Assembly: GCF_011386835.1 (NCBI RefSeq)
Contig: NC_088791.1
Coordinates: 353,276,001 to 353,340,000, forward strand
From: Chrysemys picta bellii
Lineage: Eukaryota
Reading direction: 5' to 3'
Length of the DNA: 64,000 bases
Shown here piece by piece: positions 1 through 11,060 of this stretch. Each line of letters begins with the position of its first letter. The stretch's first letter is position 1. A program made the position numbers and the translations under genes. The notes beneath the pieces were generated by a model. That model did not search any database, was not told where the DNA came from, and saw only the letters and a list, made by a program, of their open reading frames with translations.

Positions 1-262
1 GAAACTGATTTTTCCTCCCTTGGTATTCTACTGATAATTAAATTGTCTCATTAGACTGACCCCCCACCTGGTAAGGCAACTCCCATCCTTTTATATACTG
101 TGTATAAATATACCTGCTACTGTGCTTTCCACTCCATGCATCTGATGACGTGGGTTCTAGCCCATGAAAGCTTATGTCCAGATAACTTTGTTAGTCTCTA
201 AGGTGTAACAAGGACTCCTCATTGTTTTTGCTGATACAGACTAACACGGCTTCCCCTCTGAA
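1..262 (+). mobile_element. Penelope-like element (PLE) terminal-repeat fragment
   Basis: Contains the hammerhead motif followed by gttagtctctaaggtg...gatacagactaacacggct. The same block recurs at 1196-1337 and 39739-39815. Family assignment comes from recalled knowledge of reptile PLE termini. Confidence 0.6.
138..177 (+). ncRNA. Minimal type I hammerhead ribozyme motif
   Basis: GCAT-CTGATGA-c-GTGGG-ttctag-CCCAT-GAAA-GC-TT-ATGT. It has the CUGAUGA and GAAA cores, stem II GTGGG/CCCAT, stem I GCAT/ATGT, and a palindromic AGCT in place of stem III. Confidence 0.65.
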
Positions 263-1195
263 AGATATATCTCATCCACCACTTTCCCCCAATCCACCTC
301 CAGGTGTTATCATTCAGCACAACTGCATGTGGAGCCCCACACAGCCAGCTAAATTGCATGAATACTCTCAGAGCCACTCATGAATCACACAGGGAAAGGG
401 ACCAGCCAAATCCCCCCAGCTCCCAGCACTGTACCTCAGGAAGACACCGTCTTGCCCTGCTCAAGATCAGCAGTGCAAATATATTAATTGGTTCAGCACT
501 TCATCAATGGAAAGTGGACAGTTTTGCCACACACTTCATACAGACTCAATGGTAAAGATGAACAGTAAAACAAATGTATTGACTACAAAAGATAGATTTT
601 AAGTAATATTAAGTGATAGGCAAAAAGTCAGATTGGTTACCAAAATAAAATAAAATATAAGCACACTGTCTAAATTCTCAACCCTATTAGACTGGGCAAC
701 ATCTAGATTAAGCAGTTTTTCTCACCCCACTGGATATCGCAGTTCATAATACACAGATCACAGAATCATAGAATATTAGGGTTGGAAGAGACCTCAGGAG
801 GTCATCCAGTCCAACCCCCTGCTCAAAGCACGACCAACCCCAACTAAATCATCCCAGCCAAGGCTTTTTCAAGCCTGACCTTAAAAACCTCTAAGGAAGG
901 AGATTCCACCATTTCCCTAGGTAACCCTTCCAGTGCTTCACCACCCTCCTAATGAAATAGTGTTTCCTAATATCCAACCTAGACCACTCCCACTGCGACT
1001 AGGGACCATTGTTCCTTATTCTGTCATCTGGAACCACTCAGAACAGTCTAGATCCATCCTCTTTGGAATCCCCTTTCAGGTAGTTGAAGGCTGCTATCAA
1101 ATCCCCCCCTCATTCTTCTCTTATGCAGACTAAATAATCCCAGTTCCCTCAGATTGTCCTCATAAGTCATGTGCTCCAGCCCCCTAATCATTTTT

Positions 1196-1337
1196 AAAAT
1201 GCACCTCTTGCATCTGAAGAAGTGAGGTTCTTACCCACGAAAGCTTATGCTCCCAATACTTCTGTTAGTCTCAAAGGTGCCACCGGACCCTCTGTTGCTT
1301 TTTACAGATTCACAGTAACACGGCTACCCCTCTGATT
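1196..1337 (+). mobile_element. PLE terminal fragment inserted in CR1, with 13-bp target-site duplication
   Basis: Flanked by cctaatcattttt at 1183-1195 and 1338-1350. Homologous to 130-262. Confidence 0.75.
1210..1250 (+). ncRNA. Minimal type I hammerhead ribozyme motif (second copy)
   Basis: GCAT-CTGAAGA-a-GTGAG-gttctta-CCCAC-GAAA-GC-TT-ATGC. Stem I is a perfect GCAT/ATGC; stem II has one mismatch. Confidence 0.65.
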
Positions 1338-1509
1338 CCTAATCATTTTTGTTGCCCTCTGCTGGACTCTCGCCAATTTTTCCACATCCTTCTTGTAGTG
1401 TGGGCCCAAAATTGGACACAATACTCCAGATGAGGCCTTACCAATGCTGAATAGAGGGGGATGATCACGTCCCTCCATCTGCTGGCAATTCTCCTACTTA
1501 TACAGCCCA

Positions 1510-2110
1510 CCCTTGAAAAGGTTTTCACCCTTGAAACCTGGGCCAGTCCCCTCTGTGGACATCTTCATTCTTCTCAGTGTCCTTGTTTTTTGTAGCATGG
1601 GGAGGGGCAGGAGAAAGGCCAAGCATGGGGCCCCTGTGTCCTGTTTTATACCCTCAGTCCCATGTGCTTGGAAAGCACAAGTCCAGGCATGTCTGGGGGG
1701 CATTGGTTTCCAGTAGGCAAGGTTGAGCAATTCCCCTGGTGTGGCGTCATGCCGGTGAGTCATTGAATTGTAGCTCCCTTGCTGTACAATGGCTATTGAT
1801 GGGCTATTTCACACCCCGCCCAGGTGTTGGTTACTTTCCTTGTTGTTGTCTCTGGGGAGCTAATATCTGGCTGATTCCCCAACTTACAGCATGTTTTAGT
1901 CCCAACCATACAACACAATTCTCTTAACTTCATATGGACAAAAGAGCTACATATTTAGCTAGGACAGTGGCTTTCAGCAGTTCATAACCTCTCCCTTGAT
2001 AGCTCACATGGCGTGATTTTTACGGAAGATCACCATTAAATATAAATGAGGAATATGGGGGTTACAGGATGCTCCCTCAAGGTATAAAATGCGGCAAAAT
2101 CCACACAGGG
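1510..2110 (-). mobile_element. LTR-like repeat fragment
   Basis: Resembles reptile LTR sequence from memory only. No TSD was established. Confidence 0.35.
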
Positions 2111-2183
2111 TCTGAATCAGGACTCTGACTCAGGACATCTGGGTTTTATCCCCAACCCTGCTAGAGAACCTTGCTCCACCACC

Positions 2184-2403
2184 CATAGATCTGTGATCCC
2201 AGCAGCAAGAACAATACTAAAAATATCACCACAGTGAAACAAACCCAGGCCCCCCCGCACTCCAGCTCTCCTTTGCCCTCCCTGAGCCTCACGAAGCATG
2301 ACTGACAGCAGAGAGATCACCCTCACCTGCCCAGTGATCGCCGTCAACCCCCGCATCATCCGGGTCATGGTGAAAACCCCAACGGTGAAGGAGGCGTTTG
2401 TGG
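2184..2403 (+). pseudogene. UBQLN: Ubiquilin 5' fragment (partial duplicate of P1 5'UTR and first ~35 codons)
   Basis: Aligns to 14845-15064. ATG at 2298 gives MTDSREITLTCPVIAVNPRIIRVMVKTPTVKEAFV versus P1 MADSEEITLACPIIAANPRIIRVTVKTAKLKEEFV. It then joins LTR sequence. Confidence 0.85.
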
Positions 2404-2940
2404 GAAAGCCAAAGGGCCCTGCACCCCGATTCTGCAGACAGCCCTGACTCTCAGCCAGCGTGTAAATCATCAGGTTTATTTGTCGAAGGAACAGAATGTA
2501 GAACAGAACTTGTTAGCTCAGAAATCAGTGACCTTCAGCAAACTCCACCTTGGGAGGACTCCAGGCCGGACACCCCAGACTCCCCTCCCTCTGAGTCCCC
2601 CACAACAGATTGCCCAGCTTCCAGGGGACTGACTTCCAACACACCTGCTGCTCCTCCTCCTGGTCTTTGTCTCACTTCCTGGGCGAAGTGTCACCTGGTC
2701 GCATCCCCCTCCTGGGTCTCAGGTAACGAAGGGCGTCGGCCATCACTTATGTGCAGGCAGCTGGAGCCGCCTCACCTGGCCCTGAAGGCCTCAGCAAAAG
2801 TCACACACCCATATTCCTACCACCTAGGCATTGGTGCAGCACATGGGGAAACTGAGGCATACACAGTATTCATGCAAAACTGTAAGACTCAAATAGGCTC
2901 GCGTACAACATAATAAGGAGGAAAAACCCACTTTGTCAGA
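2404..2940 (-). mobile_element. Truncated LTR, same family as 27212-27905
   Basis: Its reverse complement aligns with 27212-27710, including the AATAAA region. The LTR 3' end is missing at the UBQLN junction. Confidence 0.75.
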
Positions 2941-3064
2941 GGTGTGTTCTAGCGCCTAAGGGCCCTGTAAACCGACCCAAAAGACCTGTGGTCCCTGATG
3001 CGCAGACAGTAATGGAGGCAGAGTCAAACAGGACGATGGCAGCCTTCTCTCCTGGCACCCTTTA

Positions 3065-3796
3065 CTATTGCTGCCAATCAAGTCTGTGCTGAGAAGACAA
3101 ATTCTCTGACTCAGCCCCTCGCTGACAGAAGCAATCAGGACAGCCCATCTGGTGGCTCCGGTCAGCACCTCTGACCGGGCCATTAAAAATCTGGATGGCG
3201 GTGCAGCAGGGTTAAGGTAGGCGCCCTGCCTACCCTGGCTCTGCGGAGCTTCCAGAAGCCACCAGCATTTCTGGCCACAGGCAGGGGGTGGCCAGGGGGA
3301 TCTCCGCGTTCTCCCCGCCCCAAGCGCCAGCTCCATAGCTCCCATTGGCCGGGAACCGTGGCCAATGGGAGCTGTGGGGTTGGCGCCTCTGGACTGGGAC
3401 AGTAGACACCAGGCAGAGCCTCCAGCCTGTGCCTCCGCCTAGGAGCCAGAGGGACATGTGGGCCGCTTCCAGGAGCCGTCTGAGGTAAGCGCAGCCCGCA
3501 CCCCAAAACTTGTCCTGTACCTCAACCCCCTACCTCAGCCCAGAGTCCCCTCCCATACTCCAAGCCCCTCATTCCTGGCCCCACCCCAGAGCCTGCACCC
3601 CCAGCCAGAGCCCTCACCTCCTTCTGCACCTCCACCCCCCTGCCATGACCGGTGAAAATGAGCGAGTGAGCAAGGGTGGGGGAGAGCGAGCAAGGGAGGG
3701 AGCAGGGATGGAGGGAGCAGGGGGCTGGGCCTCGGAGAAGCGGAGGGGCAGGGCAAGGGTGTTTAGTTCTCTGCAATCAGAAAGTTGGCATTCCTA
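3065..3796. mobile_element. GC-rich non-autonomous DNA transposon (hAT-like)
   Basis: Right end aagttggcattccta resembles a TAGGGTTGCCA-type TIR, and the internal cccattggccgggaaccgtggccaatggg palindrome is typical of such elements. The left boundary is approximate. Confidence 0.4.
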
Positions 3797-4472
3797 TCCG
3801 CCGCTCCTGTTTGGATGCTGAGCTTGAGTCATCCAGGGTCTGGATTTTCACAGCTGCTGAGCACCCGCCACTCCAGTGGCAGAGAGTGGGAGCTGCGAGA
3901 GCTCAGCACCTCTTGAAATCTTGGCTGAGGTGAGTCCCAGGTTTGGGGCTAGATAAAAGAGGCCTCCCAAATCAGCAGCTCACTTTTGGAAAGTGCCAGC
4001 TCCATTTGTGGTTAAACATCAATTCTCACAGTCCATAGGGGCTGTGCAGCAGGTCAACTCTGCTCCTTGGTGGAGGAACATGGGAACCACCAGACTGGAT
4101 CAGAGCTGGGTCTCCAGTAGCCTGTCTCCAGCAGTGGCCAGCACTAGATGCTTCAGAAGAAGCTGAGAGAATCTCTCATGAGGGGGATATGGGATAATCT
4201 TCCCCTCACACCCTGCGTCCCATCCTTATCTCTAACAGAGATTGGCTCAAACCCCGAGCCATGGGGGTCACTCTCCCTTCCAAAACGTGTGTGGTCACTA
4301 ACTCTGGTAACTCTTCTCTCCTGGCGCCTGGTCCCTTTTAAATCACCGCCGGAGCCTGGGCAGTGGAGGCCAGGCAGCACAGATGGGCTGGCTGCGGGAG
4401 GCCTCTTCTGGGGCCCGGAGTCGGCCCATGTACAGGTAAGAATTTATTATTATTATTTTCACCCCTGTAGGC

Positions 4473-4691
4473 CAGGGCCGGCTCCAGGGTTTTTGCGGCC
4501 CCAAGCGGCGAAAGAAAAAAACCACACCCGCGATCGGCGGCACCTCCACCGTGCCGCTTTCTTCTTCGGCAGCAGGCCCTTCCCTCCGAGAGGGACCGAG
4601 TGACCCGCCGCCGAAGAGCCCGACGTGCCGCCCCTTCCCCTGGGCCGCCCTATGCACCTGCTTGCTGGGCTGGTTCCTGGAGCTGGCCCTG
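4473..4691. mobile_element. hAT-type MITE
   Basis: TIRs CAGGGCCGGCTCCAG / CTGGAGCTGGCCCTG. 8-bp TSD ctgtaggc (4465-4472) / ctgtaggt (4692-4699). Confidence 0.85.
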
Positions 4692-5294
4692 CTGTAGGTA
4701 GGGCAATCCTGTCGGTTATAATGTTCCTTCATTTACCTCCAAGTGGTGTTGACTGCAGTTGTCTCTGATGGTTTTCTATTTATCATCTTGGGCTGGAGCA
4801 AGGGTGGACAACTGAGCCCGGCATTACATCCCCGGCTAACCAGGGTGGGGTGACGATGCCCTCCTGGAATGGCCATCACTTAGACACACTATGCCCTGGT
4901 GACTAACTTCTACTCCAAGTCCATAAAGCTCACTGTCAATATCAATATGTTATTCCTTAACTATTACCTGGACATGCCTTTTGCAATGGTTATAAAGCTT
5001 GATAAGTTACAAGCTTTCTGCACACACCTCACATGCTACTCTTTATGGGTAAATATTCTGTAAGACTTGTGTGTGGTGTAGTGAGTTTGCCAGGCCTGAG
5101 ATGAGATGTTGCAAAGAACAGGGAACTCTTTGCCAGGGTCTAAGTGTCACAAGGACCTTTCTAAATAATGTACAAAAGGAGAAATAATCGGAGCAAACGG
5201 GTGAAAGGAGCAAAGGGTTAATTCTCTGCTGCTCTTCACCACCTGAGCCAGTCACAGAGGCCAGGTCCCTCTGGCTCTGTGCTGGCTCTGAGCC

Positions 5295-5436
5295 CCCCCG
5301 GGGATTCCCAGGGCAGCAGTATAAATATCCCTGTACCTCAGCCCCGGTCAGTGCAGATTCCCCGCCGCCTGCAGCTCCCCGACCCGGTCACAGGCAGAGA
5401 TTCCTCCTCCCCAGCTGGGGCCGGAGCCTGGTGAGT
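5295..5436 (+). promoter_or_regulatory. Candidate TATA/Inr promoter, short non-coding exon and splice donor (possibly for the OR52 gene)
   Basis: TATAAATA at 5320-5327, Inr-like TCAGT with A at 5350 (30 bp spacing), and donor CTG|GTGAGT at 5431. O/E-like CCCCCGGGGA and TCCCAGGGCA lie just upstream of the TATA. Confidence 0.5.
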
Positions 5437-6519
5437 CGTTTGCATGGAATGAATCTGTGAAGGGGCGAATGGAAACACATGAAATCTATGCAGTGTTTGA
5501 GCTGGGGTTGGATAGAATGGGGGTGCGTAACTCTGAGTGCAGGGGCAGGACGGGAGCCGGGGCACTGAGATAACACTCCTGTGACCGCGCTGAGGTTCGG
5601 TGTTAGGAAGAGGTCACCGGGTTACCCTGATCCACTTCCATGGACGTCACTGGGGGTCTTGCTGCTGACCTCAGTGGGCCCTGGACTGGGCCATTCTTGG
5701 TTAATGTGACTGTTCAGAGTAAATCTACTCAGGCCCTGTAATATTCTGCACCCGAAATCCTGAGGCCTTCACTCAGGCAACATTTCCATTAACGCCGTAA
5801 GGACCCCAGGACTGGGTCCGTTCAAGTTGGCAGAAATTAGGTGGTTTCAAGGAGCATAGCTGTGAATGTCTGAACTTTAGGACCCTGGAGCAGCCGATTA
5901 TAAGGGCTGCTTTGATAGGATGTCCCACCTACTGCAGCTGTAGTTCTCTGTAGCAGAGCTATGGGCAGGGCTGGGCTTGAAATGCTGCAGGGGCCCAGCT
6001 GCGCCGCTGGGGTGAGTTCTCCAAGATGCTCTGCGCCGACGTTCCACAAATGTGGCCACCGGCGGGTTTCCCTGCGGCCTCCACAGCTTCCTCAGTGGTG
6101 ATGGGGGGGAGGCAAAACATCAGTCCCTCTCCCCTCCCTCCCTGTTCCTCCTGGATGTGCCACCCTGCACAGCCCCTGGAGACAGGTGGGCACAGCGCTG
6201 CAGGAACACGGTGAATTCTCTCCCTGGGGGGGTGAGGACAATGAGGCTCGGGCTGCTGCCCTGGGGTGGTCGGGAGGTGGGCCCCAGTGGCAGGACTCAG
6301 TGGCTGCGTGGACCAGGGCTCCAGCCATGGACCTTCAGGTGCCAACACCCAGCTCTGCCTGCAGGTTTTGGACGCCGACCCCCAGCTCTGGACATGCGGC
6401 CCTGGCATTCGGCCATGCGGCTTCAGTTCGGGCTCCAACCCCTGGCCCACGGCGGCAGGCTCTAATTCCCATCTCTGGCCATGCAGCACTGGCCCCTGAG
6501 CCTGGCAGCAGCTGCTGGC

Positions 6520-7625
6520 CCCAGGCACTGACCCGCATGGCACCCGCTGGCCCCTGACACCAACCCCAGCTGCATGCTCCGACCCCCAGTCCTGGCTGCT
6601 GGCCCCAGGCTCCGACCCCCATGGCACCCGCTGGCCCCGGACACCAACCCCAGCTGCATGCTCCGACCCCCAGTCCTGGCTGCTGGCCCCAGGCTCCGAC
6701 CCCCATGGCACCCGCTGGCCCCGGACACCAACCCCAGCCGCATGCTGCGACCCCCAGTCCTGGCTGCTGGCCCCAGGCTCTGACCCCCATGGCACCCGCT
6801 GGCCCCAGACACCAACCCCAGCCGCATGCTGCGACCCCCAGTCCTGGCTGCTGGCCCCAGGCTCCGACCCCCATGGCACCCGCTGGCCCCAGACACCAAC
6901 CCCAGCCGCATGCTGTGACCCCCAGTCCTGGCTGCTGGCCCCAGGCTCAGACCCCCATGGCACCCGCTGGCCCCGGACACCAACCCCAGCTGCATGCTGC
7001 GACCCCCAGTCCTGGCTGCTGGCCCCAGGCTCTGACCCCCATGGCACCCGCTGGCCCCAGACACCAACCCCAGCTGCATGCTCCGACCCCCAGTCCTGGC
7101 TGCTGGCCCCAGGCTCTGACCCCCATGGCACCCGCTGGCTCCGGACACCAACCCCAGCTGCATGCTCCGACCCCCAGTCCTGGCTGCTGGCCCCAGGCAC
7201 TGACCCCCATGGCACCCGCTGGCCCCAGACACCAACCCCAGCTGCATGCTCCGACCCCCAGTCCTGGCTGCTGGCCCAGGCTCCGACCCCCATGGCACCC
7301 GCTGGCCCCGGACACCAACCCCAGCTGCATGCTCCGACCCCCAGTCCTGGCTGCTGGCCCCAGGCACTGACCCCGCATGGCACCCGCTGGCCCCAGACAC
7401 CAACCCCAGCTGCATGCTCCGACCCCCAGTCCTGGCTGCTGGCCCAGGCACTGACCCCCATGGCACCCGCTGGCCCCAGACACCAACCCCAGCTGCATGC
7501 TCCGACCCCCAGTCCTGGCTGCTGGCCCAGGCTCCGACCCCCATGGCACCCGCTGGCCCCGGACACCAACCCCAGCCGCATGCTGCGACCCCCGGTCCTG
7601 GCTGCTGGCCCCAGGCACTGACCCC
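6520..7625. repeat. GC-rich minisatellite, 84-bp unit, about 13 copies
   Basis: atggcacccgctggcccc recurs at 6621, 6705, 6789, 6873, 6957, 7041, 7125 and 7209 (period 84), then with 83-85 bp spacing. Confidence 0.95.
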
Positions 7626-7892
7626 CAGCCTTGGGTGTGCAGCAGCAGGCATTGGCCCCAGGATCCGATCCCCGGGCACGTGGCAGTAGCCGCTGATCCC
7701 CGGACCCGGGTATGCGCCGATCCCCGGACCCGGGTGTGCGCCGATCCCCGGGAGCGCAGCAGCAGGTGCTGGGTTCAGCTCCATGGCGGCGGGCATTGAC
7801 CCCTGGTTCTGGCCACGCAGCCCCGGACTCCAGCACTCAGCTCCAGGCTCTGGCCACATGGCAGCGGGCACTGGCTCTGGGCTCCAACTCCC

Positions 7893-8628
7893 TGTTAGGA
7901 TATAGATATTCAGGCCTGTCTGCAAAGGCCTAGACTTTATGAATTTAGGTGTATTCTTATCACGTAGCTAATTATAGAGGTATAAAAGAAAGAATCAAAA
8001 TCACTGTCTGCCGGTGTAAGGGCCTTTTCTCACTGTGACAGTCTGAGGCCCGGTTCTTAGGCGAAGGCCTTGGGCTAAGGAGCAGAGGTAGCCATAAACT
8101 GGGAAGTGAACGGTCACATCCTCACATCCCAACTACTCACATGGAAATAAGGTGCTAAGGGGCTGTTAGGAACACAATCCTGTCCTGATATTCCTATCTC
8201 CTCCAGAGAAAGGGAAAAGCCTAGAAGATGTAAAAGGAAATTTCGTTTGATAGTTTTCTGTCTGGTAAGAACTCAATTATCAGTAGACACAGCTGGGAAT
8301 CCCTTATGTCTGTCTAGATGTAGTTGTGAAATCCTCACTTCTGCATTGTTTTGTCATTATAGCTCCCACTTTGCTATTGTTTATTTGCATGGTCTCGGTC
8401 TGGTTCTGTGATTGTTTCTGGCTGCTGTATAATTAAGTTTGCCGGGTGCAAACTAATTAAGGTGGTGGGATATAATTGGTTAGCTAATCAGTAAGTTGGG
8501 ATTTGAAAATAAGGAAAAAGGAACTTGGATTTAAGCTTGCTGGAAGTTCACCCCAATAAACATCGAATTGTTTGCACCTTTGGACTTCGGGTAGGGAAGT
8601 GGGAGGGTGAAGGAATAAGCCCCTAACA
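7893..8628. mobile_element. Solo LTR
   Basis: TGTTAGG...CCTAACA termini and a 5-bp TSD CTCCC (7888-7892 and 8629-8633). Confidence 0.9.
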
Positions 8629-9893
8629 CTCCCTGTCCCAGCCGTGCAGCTCCTGACCCCAACTCCGGGCTCTGGCCGTGGGCACTGACTTCTAGCCACA
8701 TGGCAGTGGGTCCCAAACCCCGGCTCCAGCCGCGCAGCTGTGGGGTTCACCCCCCACCCCCCTCTCTCTTGGCCCCACATTCATGCTCCCCTCTCCATCA
8801 TCCCTGGGGCCCACAGCCTTCCTGGCTTCGCATCCATCTGTCCATCACCCCAGGGCCCAACTGTCTCCCCCAGCCCACATCCATACCACCATGTCCCCCA
8901 CGGCCTCCGCCTCCAACCCTCCCTACCCCCATCCAGGGCTTAATTTGTCCTGGGGCTTGCTGAGAAAAGTGCTATTAACAAACATGCAAGCATCACTTTT
9001 CACAGCCTTCCAGATACCTACTAAGTGTCCCATGAAAAGCGACTGATAACAACAAACACACAAATATCACTTTTCACAGTAATATTTTTGTTATGGAGTC
9101 TGCTAAAAAAAAATCCTACATAACTGACAATGATGTGGATGTGTCTATGTGCTATTTATTTGTTTTTCCTAAAGTTAATCCCGTATTTTAGGAAAAAGTG
9201 TCAGTACAACCACCAGCAAGGTCACACCCCTGGTCAATGTAGTTATCCCAACGTAGGTCTGTAGTGCAGACCAAACCTTAATTGAGATTGTCCCACATAT
9301 TTAGGACCAAATCCTGAGAAAATTGCAACTTTACTCAGGTGAGTATTTTCATAAAAGTCAATGGGAGTTGCTCGTGAATGAGCTCACTTGTGTGCTTGAG
9401 TGTTGGTCGGGTCAGGGTCTCAGAGCCTGAAGGAGCCAGCAGGGGGATTGTGAAGGAAACAGGTTCTGCTCTCGCCCCATTATAAACTGGGAGTGACTCC
9501 CCAGTGGTGAGGGTAAAACCAGTGTAAGTGCCAGAAGAACCAGTCGTGTAGCTGCTTTAACTCACTTTCACAGTCACTGCTTGAGCCCTGAGAGCGACTG
9601 TAGCAAATGTGCGGAGGAGACATTCTGCTGTGGACACCAGGAGGGCGCGCCCTGCTTCACCTGGAGCAAGAACTGTCCAAGACCTCTTCCCTCTTTTGGA
9701 ATGGAGATGTTCCGTGTTTATGAAAGTATGGTGCCACCTGACAGGCAGCTGTCACACAATGAAGTTTTTGATGGTATCTGTGATTCTGTCAACAAATGCA
9801 TTCCAGTCCTAGCTGACACTTGAGTTTTCACTGATTTTCTCTTTTGCTGTTAGTTCCTGGAAACTGAATAGAAGATCCAAGTGATGGTAAACG

Positions 9894-10856
9894 ATGCCAG
9901 CTGACAATCACACCTTTTTTGACCCTGTAACTTACATCCTGACCGGCATCCCAGGCATGGAAGAGACTCAGGTGTGGCTCTCCATCCCCTTCTGTCTGAT
10001 GTACATTGTGGCGCTTTTTGGGAACTCTCTCCTACTATTCATCATACTAACAGAACGAAGCCTCCATGAGCCCATGTATCTTTTCCTGTCCATGCTGGCC
10101 GCTGCTGATCTGCTGTTATCTACCACTACAGTGCCCAAGATGCTGGCTGTATTCTGGTTTAGAGTGGGGGACATTTCTTTTGCTTCCTGCCTGACCCAGA
10201 TGTTCTTCATCCATGTCATTTTTATTGCCGAGTCGGCCATCCTGCTGGCCATGGCGTTTGATCGGTATGTTGCCATCTGCGACCCCCTGAGATACACCAT
10301 CATGCTAACCAAGTCTGTGATTGGGAAGATGGGGCTGGCAGCTGTCACGAGAAGTTTCTGTATAATTTTCCCTGTCATCTTTCTCGTGAAGCGTCTGAAG
10401 TTCTGCAGAACCAACCTCCTGCCTCACACCTATTGTGAGCACATGGGCATAGCCCGGCTCGCCTGCGACGACATCACAGTCAACATCTGGTATGGCCTAG
10501 CTGTGGCTATTTTAGCAATCGGCTTGGATGCTGTGCTCATTGCTGTATCTTATGGACTGATCCTCAGGGCCGTCTTCCAGCTCCCATCCAAGGCCGCCCG
10601 GCTCAAGGCTCTCCGCACCTGCGGCTCCCACCTCTGTGTTATTCTAATGTTCTACACACCGGCCTTTTTCTCCTTTTTTGCACACCGGTTTGGCCACAAC
10701 ATCCCAGGCTATATTCATATCCTACTGGCCAACCTCTATGTGCTCATTCCGCCCATGTTAAACCCCATCGTTTATGGGGTGAGAACAAAAGAGATCCTGA
10801 AACGGGTGATCAATGTGTTTTATCGATGCTGCAGCAGAAGCTCCCTGCTGAGCTAA
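9894..10856 (+). CDS. OR52: Class I olfactory receptor, family 52-like, 320 aa, intact
   Basis: Single-exon 7TM ORF with LHEPMYLFL, MAFDRYVAICDPLRY, HTYCEHMGIARLAC, KALRTCGSH and PPMLNPIVYGVRTKEI. The symbol is family level only. A splice acceptor (ttttctcttttgctgttag) ends at 9853. Confidence 0.95.
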   Translation: MPADNHTFFDPVTYILTGIPGMEETQVWLSIPFCLMYIVALFGNSLLLFIILTERSLHEPMYLFLSMLAAADLLLSTTTVPKMLAVFWFRVGDISFASCLTQMFFIHVIFIAESAILLAMAFDRYVAICDPLRYTIMLTKSVIGKMGLAAVTRSFCIIFPVIFLVKRLKFCRTNLLPHTYCEHMGIARLACDDITVNIWYGLAVAILAIGLDAVLIAVSYGLILRAVFQLPSKAARLKALRTCGSHLCVILMFYTPAFFSFFAHRFGHNIPGYIHILLANLYVLIPPMLNPIVYGVRTKEILKRVINVFYRCCSRSSLLS

Positions 10857-10944
10857 AGGAGGCAACAGAAAATGCTTTGGGACTTGGAAATTAAAGCCAG
10901 GTTTTCATTGCAACTCTAGCGGTGTTTTAACTATGTACTTACAC

Positions 10945-11060
10945 TGTGTGAGCTCGAAAGCTGGTCTCTCTCGTCAACAGAATTTGGTCCAATAAAACAT
11001 ATCTTCTCCCTCACTTTGTCTCTCTAATATCCTGGGACAGAGAGGGCTACAACAACACTG
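10945..11060 (+). mobile_element. PLE-like terminal remnant with only the 3' half of a hammerhead
   Basis: gagctcGAAAGCTgg followed by ...ggctacaacaacactg. The CUGANGA half is absent. Confidence 0.4.

Larger units (their letters stand above)
759..1509 (-). mobile_element. CR1 LINE 3' fragment, interrupted by a PLE insert
   Basis: cacagaatcatagaat at 759-774 is the reverse complement of the CR1 (ATTCTRTG)n tail. The minus frame encodes the RT C-terminal motif [20 protein letters not shown]. Confidence 0.9.
6036..9230. mobile_element. Degenerate hAT-like element hosting a VNTR and a solo LTR
   Basis: 6040-6350 aligns with 19600-19900, and 8930-9220 aligns with 20730-20975 and 25240-25500. Ends are approximate. 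Confidence 0.6.

Noticed and set aside
2398-2913. 171-aa ORF
   Set aside because: It lies within the antisense strand of an LTR and has no protein motif.
5959-7925. Long ORFs of 625, 487, 249 and 223 aa
   Set aside because: They are translations of the 84-bp stop-free GC-rich VNTR, open in several frames on both strands.
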